The notes under the pieces: generated by a model
The model's input: only the letters and a program-made list of their open reading frames with translations
Database searches by the model: none
What the model was told of the DNA's origin: nothing
In this document: in pieces, positions 51,157 to 64,000 of the stretch
Layout: each line of letters opens with the position of its first letter
How positions within the stretch are numbered: the stretch's first letter is position 1
NCBI RefSeq assembly: GCF_000150275.1
Contig: NW_002060959.1
Coordinates: forward strand, 804,371-868,370
Source: Trichoplax adhaerens
Lineage: Eukaryota; Animalia; Placozoa
Direction: 5' to 3'
DNA length: 64,000 bases
Position numbers and translations under genes: made by a program

Positions 51157-53980
51157 ATGTCTACCTGGGTCGAAATGCTGAAGTCTTCTCAGAAAACTTG
51201 CCTTGTGCAAGATGGTAAAATAGATGTAAAACTTTGACGATAGGATTAACCTACGACATGTCAATACGAAGTCATCATTCTACGATAGTATAAGGCCATC
51301 TAATGCAGTGCTATACTAATAACAGTCGATGCCATAGAAGGTGATAGCAATGGGTTTCATCGACACCAGATAGAATCCATTTAGTTGGACAGGATTTACC
51401 AACTACTGTATACAAGTGTTTTGATGGCAAACCTTGATGTAGAACCTACAGATCATAAGTACTAATATTTTAGTACACTGATTGCACAGCAGTATAGGAT
51501 GCACAAAAATAGTTGAAACCTGGAGAGAATATCTAATGTACAATAGAATTCACCAACGATGGATGTCTAGGTGGGAATATTGTATGTAGGTTTGTTGTCG
51601 TACACACCCCCAGTGCTAATGGACAGCAGTTGACATGACAGAAATAGGTTAAACGTTAATACAATACAGATACAGATTATGCACAAGAATTGACCAGCTA
51701 TCATTAAATTACTAATAGATAGCATGGAACCTTTGTAGAATCATGTTCTATCTAGATATAGAATACGAATAGAGTATTACTTTATAGGACATGCCATCTA
51801 GACTGTTGGTTAAACCACAAGCTGCAAATGTGAGGCCAAGGTCTTATTTTGCTAGTCCATAGCTACACTTGAATAGAATGCTGATATCATATCCTATCAT
51901 TGACCAACTCCTGTATAACTTAGTAGGAAGCCTTCATGATACGCCTATAGTATATAGACCTCCAATACTAATTTTTACATAATCTTACGAAAATCAATAT
52001 GTAAATTGACATTGTAACTTGAAAACCCAACATATACTGTAGTTCATAACGGATTCTGTTACACCTTGCACTTTGCTCTATTGTAATAGAAACAATTTTG
52101 AATGGTAATGACTTGCTGTGTGTCATCGAATTATAGGGCGTAAAAAGATCCATTATACCTTCAAAAATCACACTGAGATGGCTGAAGAGTATGATATGGC
52201 AACGTTTGATCTTTCAGGTATAACTGACGCGTTCAATCATGCTAATAGGAATCTGCTGTAAACTTGAATAGGCTATTCCTCCATCATTTGCGTCTTAGCT
52301 TTTTCCTATCATTTCTGTACTACTGTAAGCTATAATGGATAAAGCAATTAGCTATTTCTAGCCGATATTAGTATTATTTTTATCTATTTTGTATTTATTT
52401 TTCTATCATTACTATACTATTATACCTAATAATTGACAAAGCAAGGAGCTATTCCTAGCATGTATTACTGTTATTTCTATCAATCTGGACATTTTTATAA
52501 GATCATGGGTATAAAAATGGATATTTTTTAGCGTTTAAGTAAAGTATTTCCTGGCCACAATTGTTTAAATTAACACGGTAAATAGAGTCATATTGAAGTT
52601 ACGTATCGATGAAATCCCCTTACTTTTCATCCAACCGTTGTTATACATGACTCTATTCACCAAGTTACTATAGAAAAGGTACAGTTGCAGCTGTTGGATT
52701 ACATTTAAAATTTTATTTAATTTTCCTTCCATTTCTTTTCTTTCCATGTAGTTAGAAAATTTCGCAAGAAATCTACTTTGGGATCTTCTGGTCAATGGGA
52801 ATATGAAATAGGCGAAGCAACAAATATCACCAATATAGAAGAGCTCAGTATTCGTGAAAGCAATACAACAGTAAGTATTGAGATTGTTGTTAACATAAGT
52901 ATGATGGGATATCTTGGATTTAATGTACCCCTACGGTTGCATTGTAGCTACAAGGTACCAATGTATAATTAATTGAATCATTTATAATCGATACGGCACA
53001 GTAGCAACGCAACTATATAAAGTAAGAGAATAGTAAAATAGTTAAATTATATCGTTTGCTATCAGTGCATGGGCTTTTGGTAATGGATTATTAAGTGGAT
53101 ACTTTGCAATGAATTATTTACATGACCAAAATTTCTTGATTGTCTTTAGCATATCTTTGTACTTGTGTGTACCATATCTTAAATATCCAATCCAGAACCT
53201 AGAAGGCTACCCTATCTTCGTCCTTTGTAATTGCAAGAGTTAAGATGTTATGTAAAGTAGCATGTTAGCGAACTCGTACGCCATAGTCTTAGTCTTTGTG
53301 GCTCAAGTCTTTTCCAAACCCTTACCAATGTTTCTTTCAAATACACTGTAAAACTTAAATTTGTTCCTTTTCTCTATAAGCCTAGATTTTCAGCAAAATA
53401 CAGCAAGAATGCCTTTCAGTGGAGAATTCGTAATTTACCCTATCCCTTGGATAATTATTCGATAACAGTTGATGATGAAAAGCGACAACTTGTCTTGAGA
53501 ACTAAAAATAAAAAGTAAAAGGAAGAGTGATCATTTTATCACTTGCCATTACTTGCATACGATCAGTAAAATATACGTGCCTAATTTATACTACTCCAAC
53601 ATTACTAGCTGTGATAGGCTAAAGTATAAAATGTTGATAATTGCATAATAGCATTGAAAATTTCTTGCAGATATTTTAAAAGAATTAGTATCCCCGACAT
53701 GGATCGATTTCACTTACCATTAGATCAAAATGCTGTAAAACTTGCTCACGCTAATAACTGCCTAATAATTTCGGTAAGTCCTTCAATGCACTTTCTACCA
53801 ATGACTTTTACTTCTGATTAGTGTTACTATCAGCATTTTTGTAATTGATTTGATCTTTAAAACTTTCATTTGCAGTATCAGAAGCCAAGTCAAATAATAG
53901 AACACGAAAAAGCATTACATAAAGAACTTCGAAAAATGAAGGCATCTAAAGATGGGGATGTGGAATGTAATCCAAGCTAA
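51157..53980 (+). CDS. DPCD: DPCD (deleted in primary ciliary dyskinesia homologue), 6 exons, 199 aa
   Basis: Exons 51157-51214, 52137-52217, 52752-52870, 53381-53514, 53671-53773 and 53876-53980 (600 nt, phase-consistent). Peptides WVEMLKSSQKTCLVQDGRKKIHY, EMAEEYD, GQWEYEIGE, FQWRIRNLPYP, KKYFKRISIPDMDRFHLPLD, AHANNCLIISYQKP and DGDVECNPS match DPCD. Confidence 0.97.
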
Positions 53981-54954
53981 TTAGCGATTAGCTCCAATAT
54001 TGCTTTGAGTATAACTTAAATTTGATTCGCTGATATTATTTTGAGTATAAATTAATTATTTACGGACTGTAAATCAATTTGGATTGTATATGCAATTTAA
54101 TTTCAGCATCTTGTGTAATATATGACATTGAAGATTATACTTATGCCGATAGAATTGTACCGTACTAACATGACGCTACCTTGAGCATCTCTATGGCATG
54201 CATACCTGTATTAGCTTAATTCCATTTTCGACTTAGTGAAGGATTATTTTATCCATTGGTGCATTAACTGTAAAGTTCCTTGTATTAATGCATATCCGTG
54301 TTTTTCCCATAGTGTAATTCGTGGCAACCACTATTAACTTAGACTTCTATCAAAATGAGCTTTGCAAATTTTCCTTTTTCAAACGAAATATCCACTCGAG
54401 CTTGATCAATAAAAAGTCACTATTTTGATTTATTATCGATCAACGTTATTGTGTATTTGTACGGAAATATACATGATTTTGCTTATTCTTATTCTTATTC
54501 TACTTTTCACACTTTAACGTTTTGTAGTTAACGACATACTTTATAAGCATTTAAATCTCATTCATTTAAAAGGTATGTCCATATTTTCGTATATTTTACC
54601 CTGGGTTAGATGGTTACTCAACGTAATGAATGTTATACGCATTTTCAGCTGAATATGCTATAGTCAAGGTAGTTCTATTACCTTCACCAGTTTCGATCAT
54701 GATATGAGTAAATCATAACTCGAAAAGAAAGTTGCTTACAACCAGCACTATTTTTTGCCGTTTATTGCTCAATAGCTGTACAGTCATCTTCAGCATTAAC
54801 ATGTACCGACACTTGCTTCTAACTCAAATCTCAAATCATTTAATTATTTCAGCTAAATAGGCGTTCTAAAATTTAATGTTCTATTTACTTAACATAAAAA
54901 TCATCTTAAGAACTGAGAGCTGCCACGACTTACGATTAGTTCTGAATTTGTCAC

Positions 54955-55497
54955 TGTAGTGATGCACCCATATTTGATTATACGGATAGCTATATTTGAT
55001 ATAGTTAGGTTGCTTTGAATAGATATTACCGTGAAGCTAATATTAGATTATTGCTAACTACTATATTAGAAATTGTTGATGACTAATAGTAGCCAGTTGA
55101 CTAATTGTGGTTCAAGATTTGTGTAGCTAGAAACACTGTAGTTGTTAAGATGCCTTTCGAAGAAAGGGCTAGACGTTAATAGAAGAGTAGTGACATCTTA
55201 AGTAGAATGATTAAGATTGTAGAAAATAATGATGAACTATTTTAGAGAAAAGTATTTTGTTTGATGACTCATGTCTGATTGTAGATTAATCAAGTTGTCA
55301 TAAATATATTTAACGAAATATTTATAAGAACAGCAGAGAAGAGGCTTCCCTTCGCTTTGAGCTCGGAATACTTTCGATTTTAGACTAGATTCTTGTAGTA
55401 ATTAATTATTGCTCTACTATTCCTAAAACCTTGTAATAAAAGCCTTTTAGAAAATACCATTTGACTAAGATAGTTATTGTGAGACGCATTTATTACA
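54955..55497 (+). repeat. Dispersed repeat, copy 2 (homologous to 27446-28023)
   Basis: Same ordered motifs as copy 1, in direct orientation, between the 3' ends of DPCD and FUOM. Confidence 0.85.
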
Positions 55498-55832
55498 GTC
55501 ACATGTATCAGTTTTAGTAATATATTACTCGCGTACATTACACATAAAATTTACACTATGACGTACTATGGAATTAGACCCAAAGAGATAACATTTCACA
55601 CCAATCCTCTTGATTTTTTAACTACTTCAGATAATTTTAATTGCTTCCAAAATTGACATGAGAAATGTTAAAATACGATAAACGGGTTAAAAGATATTGC
55701 CGCTTTACAAAAAATTAGCATAAAGGTGTATAGTTTAGCAAACATTATTCAAATCGCAGTATCTAGTATCCTGATAGCAAGAATCGATTTAAAGTTGAAC
55801 CTTCTCTAAATTTCATTGTTGATGAATTCATA

Positions 55833-57879
55833 TCAATCTGGTGAAATTACACCTTTCTTTAAGATCAAGTTTCCATACAGTGCAGTTTCTCTATAAGAAA
55901 CGTGACATAAAATACAAGCAAAAAATTTAGCAACTTACAATCATATTATGAATTTAAAGACACTACACTTCTACAGACCCAGTCGCGATAACGAGAAACG
56001 CTTTTTTTGCCTGATCATAGAACTCAAACCTTTCAATCTTGTGAAGAGGGACCTTTATAATTATAGGCAAATGAATATTTTATTGAATAAACAACTGACC
56101 AAAGTCATTGTAAGGTTTTGATTTGACATACTTTTTTCCCTTCATGTTTCTCTATAATATCGCTATATACTTGCCATACTGGTGTTTTTAAACCCCTCTG
56201 TTTATCACTGTCAACAAGGTCCATGACCGCAGCCTACAAAAAAAACGCGATTCAATAGTTTCATTAATTACATAGCCTCTCAAATTACTATTGATAGGTA
56301 TTGCAATATACACCATGTATGCTGAATAAGTATCCAGTGGCATTAATTGCAGAATAGCATCCAGTAATTGAGGGATTGTTACTCCTAAATATTGCAATCA
56401 AAATTTGAGAACAATTTTAATAAATTAGAGTAATAATGCAATCTAATGCTACAGTAGCAGTAAGGAACATATTTATTAGAACAAGACTATCTAGCATAGG
56501 AAGAATAAAGTTACCATCAGCCCTTATTATTTCTGGGCCAGCCTTAGCAACCGAAGCACTTGGAAAATTTGCATCTGCAAGAACTTAAGGGATTGCAGTA
56601 AAATCAGTCAGCAGTCTTTGAATATTTCTTGAACATAAATCAGATCAACTCATAGCTATGCTAGGCCAAAGAAAATATTTTGAATTAATTATTAAACCTT
56701 TTATAGCTAGCGTAGAAATCAGTCTTGTAAAAGGAAAAAGTCTGATCGATACGCGTGTAGTAGTGATGCACATTAATATAATATCTCCTGATCAACGCTG
56801 ACCTCACATCTATAGAGTTATCATTCTGAAACTAGCTTAAAGGAGTATCTTAAAAAGTTATTGATGGTCTGAGAATGCATTTATTACCTGAGCTAGTAGC
56901 ACAAAATTTACAAAAATTCGAATTTAGAAATTGTAAGCTGATGATGAATTGTGCCATTTTCAATTAATCCATGAGAAAATTACTATCCTAGCATGATCAA
57001 GCTGTCTTCCTTACCTTACTATCCTTAGCGCACAATTTGCTGTAGAAACTGTAATAGGGAATAGCTACTAGCACTTATTGATTGACATGACTCTTGTCAA
57101 ATATATTACTAACAAACAGTATATCGTTTTAATTTGTAAAAATGCAATCTTTGGACAGAACTTTATGACATCAGTATGATGGATTACTGATAGTATGAGC
57201 AGTAATAATGAGTCCGAATAGGAATTTGAGGAGTATAATACAAGTGGAGAGTTTATTGCAATTACATAGGAGTAGTTAGTGTATAGGACGAGTCAAAATA
57301 GCAATGGGAACAGCACCAAAATCGGAATGATGCTTATCTTGATATCATTTTACTAGTCCAAGTTGGTGGTAAAGATATTCCCTAGCTGTTTATGATCCAT
57401 CGTAACTACTGTCAAGTCTATACCTAAGCTTATGGCTCTCTATTTTCACGAATAAGGCGCATTTATGTCCATTTCATTGACTAAAATCGTATACCGCATT
57501 CGAGCTAACTTCATCTTGTTCTACACTTACGTGTAATAACTGTCTAGTTGTGAACAACGAACGACCTCGATTGGTTGAGACAAAAATTCTAGATTGATGA
57601 GTAAATCGGTCAAAAGTGGCCAAAAGAATTATTACCCATAAATGAAACATCAAGACAGAACTACTCTTCCGCATAACAGCCTGATCATTTGACTTTTCTT
57701 TCGTGTCTACCACACCGTAGTTGAAAAATACACCCATCTGTACAAAGCTGGTCGAAGGAAACAACCATCACGGCTAAAGTAGAAATGTTATTACCTAGCT
57801 CATCACCGTGCCCCATTCGGCCCAAGGCATACAGCATTTCTGGTGATAAAATGCTTGGAATATTTTTCAGCATAACCAT
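55833..57879 (-). CDS. FUOM: Fucose mutarotase (FucU/RbsD family), 6 exons, 152 aa
   Basis: Exons 57879-57795, 56583-56515, 56384-56314, 56233-56132, 56052-55979 and 55890-55833 (459 nt). Protein begins MVMLKNIPSILSPEMLYALGRMGHGDELVLADANFPSASVAKAGPEIIRADGVTIPQLLDAILQLMPLDTY and ends [38 protein letters not shown], with the MGHGDE, DANFP and YGNLILKKG signatures. Confidence 0.97.
56760..56990 (+). repeat. Possible third, internally deleted copy of the 27446/54955 repeat in FUOM intron 1
   Basis: Begins GTAGTGATGCAC and carries CATGAGAAAATTACT, which is identical to 27960-27974 of copy 1. Confidence 0.4.
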
Positions 57880-60800
57880 CGTGAGATTAGCACAAGCGAA
57901 AGAATCAGAGCCCAATTCTCAATCAATCTAGAGAAGAAAAATAGGATCAAAAATTTCGGCGACGAAAGAGTTTGGTAGGATTGGCCGTAACGATGGTTAT
58001 AATCAATCAATAAGGATACAGCATGTCGGATGGACGTCTCCAATACTGCCAATATATAGTTATTAGTATGAAATAGTCCCTCAGTTCGAGCGGAAGTATT
58101 TGATTTTATTTATTTACTCTATCGATTTTTGGATGGCAAAGTATAGAGAGATTATTGCTATGGGCTTTGACAATCTTGCATGGACAGTAGCTAGATGTTG
58201 GTATAAAGAACAGTATTTGTACGTTAGTTGGAGCCATATTTTTACCCTTATTCTATTTCGAATCAGAAATAAACATACTGGTAGAAGTACTGTAGTACTG
58301 CACAGTTTAATGGATACTATAGATATAGTAGCAAGGTTAGGATTTAGGCTTTGGGTATCGACATCTACAAATATTTCTTAACCCGGACATTAGCAAAGGT
58401 CTATTTCTAAAATTCCATGGTGAGGGTTAGGGTTAGTATAGTTATATAGCCAAACTAGAACGCTAATTGGCAGCCTAGTTGTTTAAGTCATACTCAATAA
58501 ATTCCATCGGTTAAGCTTGATGAGTTCTTGGGATAGGTGGGCATGGCTAAGCTGCATTATACCGTGGATAATGTAGGAGTGTTATTGCACAACTGTGAAG
58601 AACGCCAAGGATCTGGAGAGGTTTAGTCTTGATATTAAGAAAGAAATGAACGAACAGGCAGTAAATCATCAGTATCCAAGAGCAAGAATGAATACATCCA
58701 TCGTCGATGTTAACCAATCCCACTGTTAGGGCGAACACGTTAGAGCCGAAGAACTATACATTGTATGCTATCATATGTTATATGCTCTACGCTCTACGGT
58801 AGCGTGTTGGGCCACTCCTGATGCTCGAGGTAAAAAGAGATATGTAGTTCCTATTTTAGGATATAGCTAGTTCACCGTCCTTTTGCCGATAGAATAAATA
58901 TTGTATCGACGTCAATAATGTAGCTATTAGCATATTGGACTCTAGATGATTTGCTGCAAAATATTGTCACTAATAACTAATGAATAATTTGAATAGTTGT
59001 AAAAGATGGTAGATGAGTGCTATGCGGATTATAGCTGCAAGTGCTACAAGGAGCATTGAAGCAAGCAAAGTTAGATGATTTAGTAGCTTTGTCTAAAATT
59101 CTTGCTAGTAGTTGTATTCGCCTAGAGTAGAACTGAGTGCATGTTATCTTTGTGCAATATAAAGATCGAAATATCATTGCAATCCGCATTTGATCCTTCA
59201 TGTAGTAATGTAGACAAGAATTGGCACTAGTGAAAGATCAAGTCAACGAACATTATTTTTTTCATATTGCCAGTAACAGTAGCATAAGACTAGTAGAAAA
59301 TAGCAAATGGCCTAATTAGAGATGATAAATTAAGATATCAGAATTAGTTACGCCAAATACACTTTCAATGCCAGCGATTGCAGGTCAATAATCAGGCATA
59401 GGCATCGCAAAAGGGAAATGATGCAATCACGATTTATTGTTGAACGATATTTTTCCAACTGGATAACAAACCCTACTTTACGGATAAGCTTAATTCTAAT
59501 ATTTCAACGTTTTCTCTACCAAAATGAAATACTATCTGACAGAAACCCTATTAAAAGATATTCTTTATTCATAAGTAGAAGGTTAAAATGGCTGTGAACA
59601 TATTATATTTTCAAAACAGACTAGAATATGAGAAGAGGTTGTCCTACATTAGATCCAATTCAATAAGTCACTTTAAGTTATATTACATGAGCGCTTAGAC
59701 GCTACTAGTAATTATATACTCATATAATCAGAACTTAGGTTGCAATATTTATAACATGACTTAAAGCGATACGTATACTATGTCTATCCAATGTTCATCA
59801 CTTGCTAATAAAGTACTTATTCTGAAAAGTAATAAAGTAATAAATTATGATGAAGGAGGTGTATCATGATATAATTACATGAATAGTTTAAGAATGCCAA
59901 CAAGTTAATTAACGATTCAAATTATTATTAACGCAATAGATTACGTCTTCCTTGTTAACATTCAATTTTGATAGACTGGACAATAACTATCCCTATTCCC
60001 TATCATCAAGATATTACAACTAGACTATCCCAATCATTTCTTTCCTTTGCTACCATTTGAGTATTGTAATTGATATAAAGTATATTTGTAGGTATCTGTA
60101 GTCTGTGTCATAATTGCTTGGCGATTTCCTTTTTACGTCGAAATTGACAACACTGTTGGGACCATACTATATAATCGTATTAATTATAAGCATCCAAAGT
60201 AGAGTAGACTTTATTTTATAATGGACCCACAAACTAACGATCATCATAACTAACAAACATTCTTACAACACTGTTAGTAACTATAATTACAGAAATAACA
60301 TATTTTGAGCACCAATGGCAAAGGTTCAAAGTAGTCAACAGTTATGAATAGCTAGCTAGAATAACAGGGAATTACTTCATACAAGGTTACTATCTATTCT
60401 TACTTATTTAATATGATACCACCATGATGACTTCCTTCCTGGACAAAATTCTCTCTTCTTACCTAATCACTATCCATAGGGTTAAAAGAGCTCATTAAAC
60501 ATGTTATGATACGAAAGTGTCTATTGACTTAAAAAAAAATAATGTATGTTAATACAAGAAACCGTTCTCCATTCATACATCAATGTCTACATTGGATATC
60601 AAGTCAAAAATATCGCAGTTCTATGTTATTAACAAATTGTAGGGGGATGGCTAGCAATTATAAAAGTTGTATAATTGCATGGCTACCGTTATCCAATCGG
60701 CTGAATAAGCGATTGTTATCCATTAGTCCATTAGTGGTTAAAAATTAAACAAGGGAAAGAATTAATCCCATTGATATCTCAACAATTCAGATTGCTACAC

Positions 60801-61486
60801 TAATTTCTACATCTATCCTATTTATATCAATCAATACTATTATTAATAACAATAGATTGACGTCGGAATACTAATTAAGAATTGAAGTTAGAACTTGAGT
60901 GATTACTAGTATTTCTACCATTTTTCCGATGATTTATAGCCAGTAGATGATTCCTCCGATTACAACTACTTGATCTGTTTTCAGTATGCAATTATTTTAT
61001 TGAAAAAATTCAATTGAAAACTAATCTTACTTTATTCCGCTTATGGTCTGTTGATCTGTTATCTGATAGCGGTTATAAAGCCTTGAACCTACCCAACTAG
61101 CCATCTTGACGAGATCCAAGAGTTTTACTTTTGATTGATTTTGCTGATACAAGATTCTATTTTAAAAAGGTGCAATCAAGATTCCATTTAAGAAGGTCTA
61201 ATCGTTCCGCTTTTGATACTACTCTATCGTAGACTAATTGAAAACAGCCTCTTTTATCTCAAGTCCATCTATTTTGGGTTTTTCGAGCGCAGATTCTGTC
61301 ATACATCGAGGATTTATTGATTATTTAAATCATAGCAAGTTTAATATATTGGTACCTTGGACGCTTTCAACTGGCAAAAAGTTTCGTAATTTCTTCATAA
61401 GGCAAACAACTTTACACATAAACAAAAAATAGATCATTCATTGACTGGATTTAAATTAGGTTTATGGTACAATTGCTATTACAAAT

Positions 61487-61772
61487 ATGGTTCGTGTTAA
61501 AAATATCATGAAGAGTTTTACCTGGTTATTTATTATTTCAATTTTCCTATCGGATCATGCTATTAACGGTCAAATTCACCGCTACGGTGCATCACGGAAA
61601 CGGAACACAACTCTTTTAGCCGATGATAATTCAAGTTTGCCAAAAAGTCATTTGCATGGATTGAGAGAAACATGGATGTATGCGATTCCATCGGCAGCAC
61701 TAGTAGGCTTAAGTGGTATATTTCCCTTGCTAGTTATTCCATTAGAAGCAGTACCAAAGTTAAAAGATCAAG
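61487..61772 (+). CDS. SLC39A13: Zinc transporter ZIP13 (LIV-1 subfamily), first coding exon; the rest lies beyond the window
   Basis: A signal-peptide-like start (MKSFTWLFIISIFLS; ATG at 61487 or 61508) is followed by ETWMYAIPSAALVGLSGIFPLLVIPLE, matching ZIP13 TM1 (DTWICSLLGSLMVGLSGVFPLLVIPLE). Donor CAAG|GTTAGT after 61772. Confidence 0.88.
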
Positions 61773-64000
61773 GTTAGTCACTCCTGTTAATCATTACACA
61801 ACAACATGATTGACGTCGTCACTTTCTTCCGCTTTGATTCTTTTAGTTTTCAACATTTATTTTCAAAATACGAATACGAAATAATTGATAAATAAAATAT
61901 TATTATAAAATAGACGCAGACTTGTTGCAGTCTAGACAATATATTTTTAGTCCTAGTACACTGTAATAATGAGATGACTACAGGGACAAATCTTACCAGA
62001 TACTGGAATGGAGAGGACATTAATTAAATTACCCAATATATATATCATTGAAACAATTTTTCTTGGCTTAGAATAGTTTTCCAATTCTTTACAGCCAATA
62101 TAACATCTATTTTCAGCTTCCGTATTCCTTTCTTAGATATTACTATTTCGATATATTTACTACATCAAGATGACAGGCTTTGCCTACATTTCCATTTAAT
62201 GTGGACTAGAATCATAGTTACAGTCAAGAGTGTGAAGAAAGTCCGATTGAAATCTGTTTGCTATATTTCCTGACTAATATTTAAAAAATATGAATGGGCA
62301 TGCTAATTTAAGTTTCATCAGCAATCCTTTCTGAACATTTTAATTTCCGTTTGAAGCTTACCTGCTAATATACTGATAAAGGTTTCTTAATTTTTTTTTG
62401 TCTCCTTCAATGCTTATAAATGAACTCCATTTTTGTTTTAAATGCTTTATCGACATTTTTTATAATCTATTCGACGCAATAAAAGTCTTACTCATCACCA
62501 ATATCCACCCTTTTACATTCCGGTATAAAGTATTCATATTTTATTGCCATAAGTTGTCGATGAATCATTAAATCTCTGAGTTCATCACCTTACAGTAGTC
62601 ATTTGTAAAATAAGACATTTTTATACGAGGCATTCTTTTCTAGTAGCCATAACTCAACCAACACAAAATAATTTTAATCCTGCATAGACGTACTTGGATT
62701 TCACATAAAATATTAATTCGATTCCGCAAGTTTTCTATCACCTATTAAATAAATTATTAGTACCCATAGTCCTTTTCACTCTCCCTTTCTGAAACACTTT
62801 GATGCCAATAGTGGGCATATTTGAACTCAATAATATACAGTACTACAGTACAGCTAGTTTAAGTTTTTAAAAAGAATCATTGCCCACCCATCACGACGAT
62901 TAAATCCCGAAAACCTACAAACTCAAAACTCAGACTCAATTTAACAAAATAGAGGTTTCAGCTTTAAATTTGAACATATACTGAATTTGGATCAGCAATA
63001 TCAATGACTTGAGTCCATAATATTGCTTTACTTATTTCAATATCCACGCGTATATCGTTCCTACCACTTCAATGATATTCATCTGCTGCATTGAATTTGA
63101 AATCAAAAAAATTTTCAGAATTAAGGACGATAGATTAAAAATGGGTAAAATAGCTTTCCTAGAAATATTATATGTATCACCGATGGGTAATGTTATCACG
63201 TTATTAGGAACGTAAATCAACACAGACAAACTAGTCGTCCTGGACAGTATACGACTACTTTAACGCCCCGCTCATTTTTTATTTAGTCTACGGTGTTAAT
63301 TTAGTCTATCATTATTGTATTTTCTATTGCTTATTTTACGATGGCAAAATGAATGCATTAACAATAATTCTGTAACAGTACGTTAAAAGTTAGCAGTAGC
63401 GTGTCAAGAACAACAAGGCCTATCCCAACTGTTGATCATTCTTATTTCTGGGGAATAAGGCAGGATTTAAATGGATAACTCATTAAGATTGATTCTTAAG
63501 TAAAAGGGCGTTTAATTCAAGGCTTATTCCTGTATTGCGGAATTACTCCGTTATTATCGTCATTCATCAACTAATATGAATTAAGCAAACTTTTCTGGTC
63601 ATATCAAGTTATTTAGCCATAATTATACATCTATTTGATCAAGGCAATTTTTTAAATAATTCACCCTAAATTGAATGAGCAGGAAAAAACAATTGATCAA
63701 TATAGAGAGAAAAGACAATCAGCCATTAATTACTATTGCTATCAATTGTCCTACTTTAGCTATTCGAATATTCAAGGATAGAATCATTGTGACAGTAGAA
63801 GAATAAACTCAATTAATCTATAAATAATTGAAGAATTTTCTTTTAATCTTGGACCATGACAACAAGAATATAGACTCTGTATAGTTCAGCATTAATCACG
63901 ATGATATTGTAAGGATTCAATTTTTTTTGTTGTCCATTGCAGAACTTGTCTTCTTTTAACTTTCCTACTTAACAATAGCAATCTTAGTAACTATCTGCAA

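Noticed and set aside
57474-57764. 96-aa ORF in FUOM intron 1
   Set aside because: No recognisable similarity; lies within an intron of a well-supported gene.
63943-64000. Possible second ZIP13 exon at the window end
   Set aside because: Phase-1 readings after the candidate AGs do not show the expected LLSFAxGGLLG block and the window ends; cannot be supported.
1-64000. tRNA, rRNA or snRNA genes
   Set aside because: No recognisable cloverleaf boxes or conserved RNA motifs seen by eye. A covariance-model scan is needed to exclude small intronic RNAs.

Overview
AT-rich (roughly one third GC by eye), intron-dense animal genomic DNA. Composition, compact introns and gene content fit a basal metazoan, most likely a placozoan such as Trichoplax, but the species call is inference. 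I assembled six genes by hand from GT-AG exon chains with consistent phases. They are: the last exon of an Hmx/NK5 homeobox gene (+, 553-1070); a complete 4-exon Hex/HHEX homeobox gene (-, 31750-22871); a 23-exon BTBD16 (-, 49356-41473); a 6-exon DPCD (+, 51157-53980); a 6-exon fucose mutarotase FUOM (-, 57879-55833); and the first exon of a ZIP13/SLC39A13 zinc transporter (+, 61487-61772). The two homeobox genes sit in an otherwise gene-poor ~41 kb block, and five consecutive genes have human orthologues on 10q23-26. The most unusual stretch is the 1.8 kb head-to-head BTBD16/DPCD promoter. It has an RFX X-box near each start codon and two relics sharing the terminus CATGGNCTACTAGAAG. One is a 42-bp element (16-bp inverted ends, perfect 7-bp target duplication) shaped like a P-element excision footprint. 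The other is a 380-bp MITE-like element whose right end plus flank forms the DPCD X-box. Most short ORFs in the supplied track are spurious.
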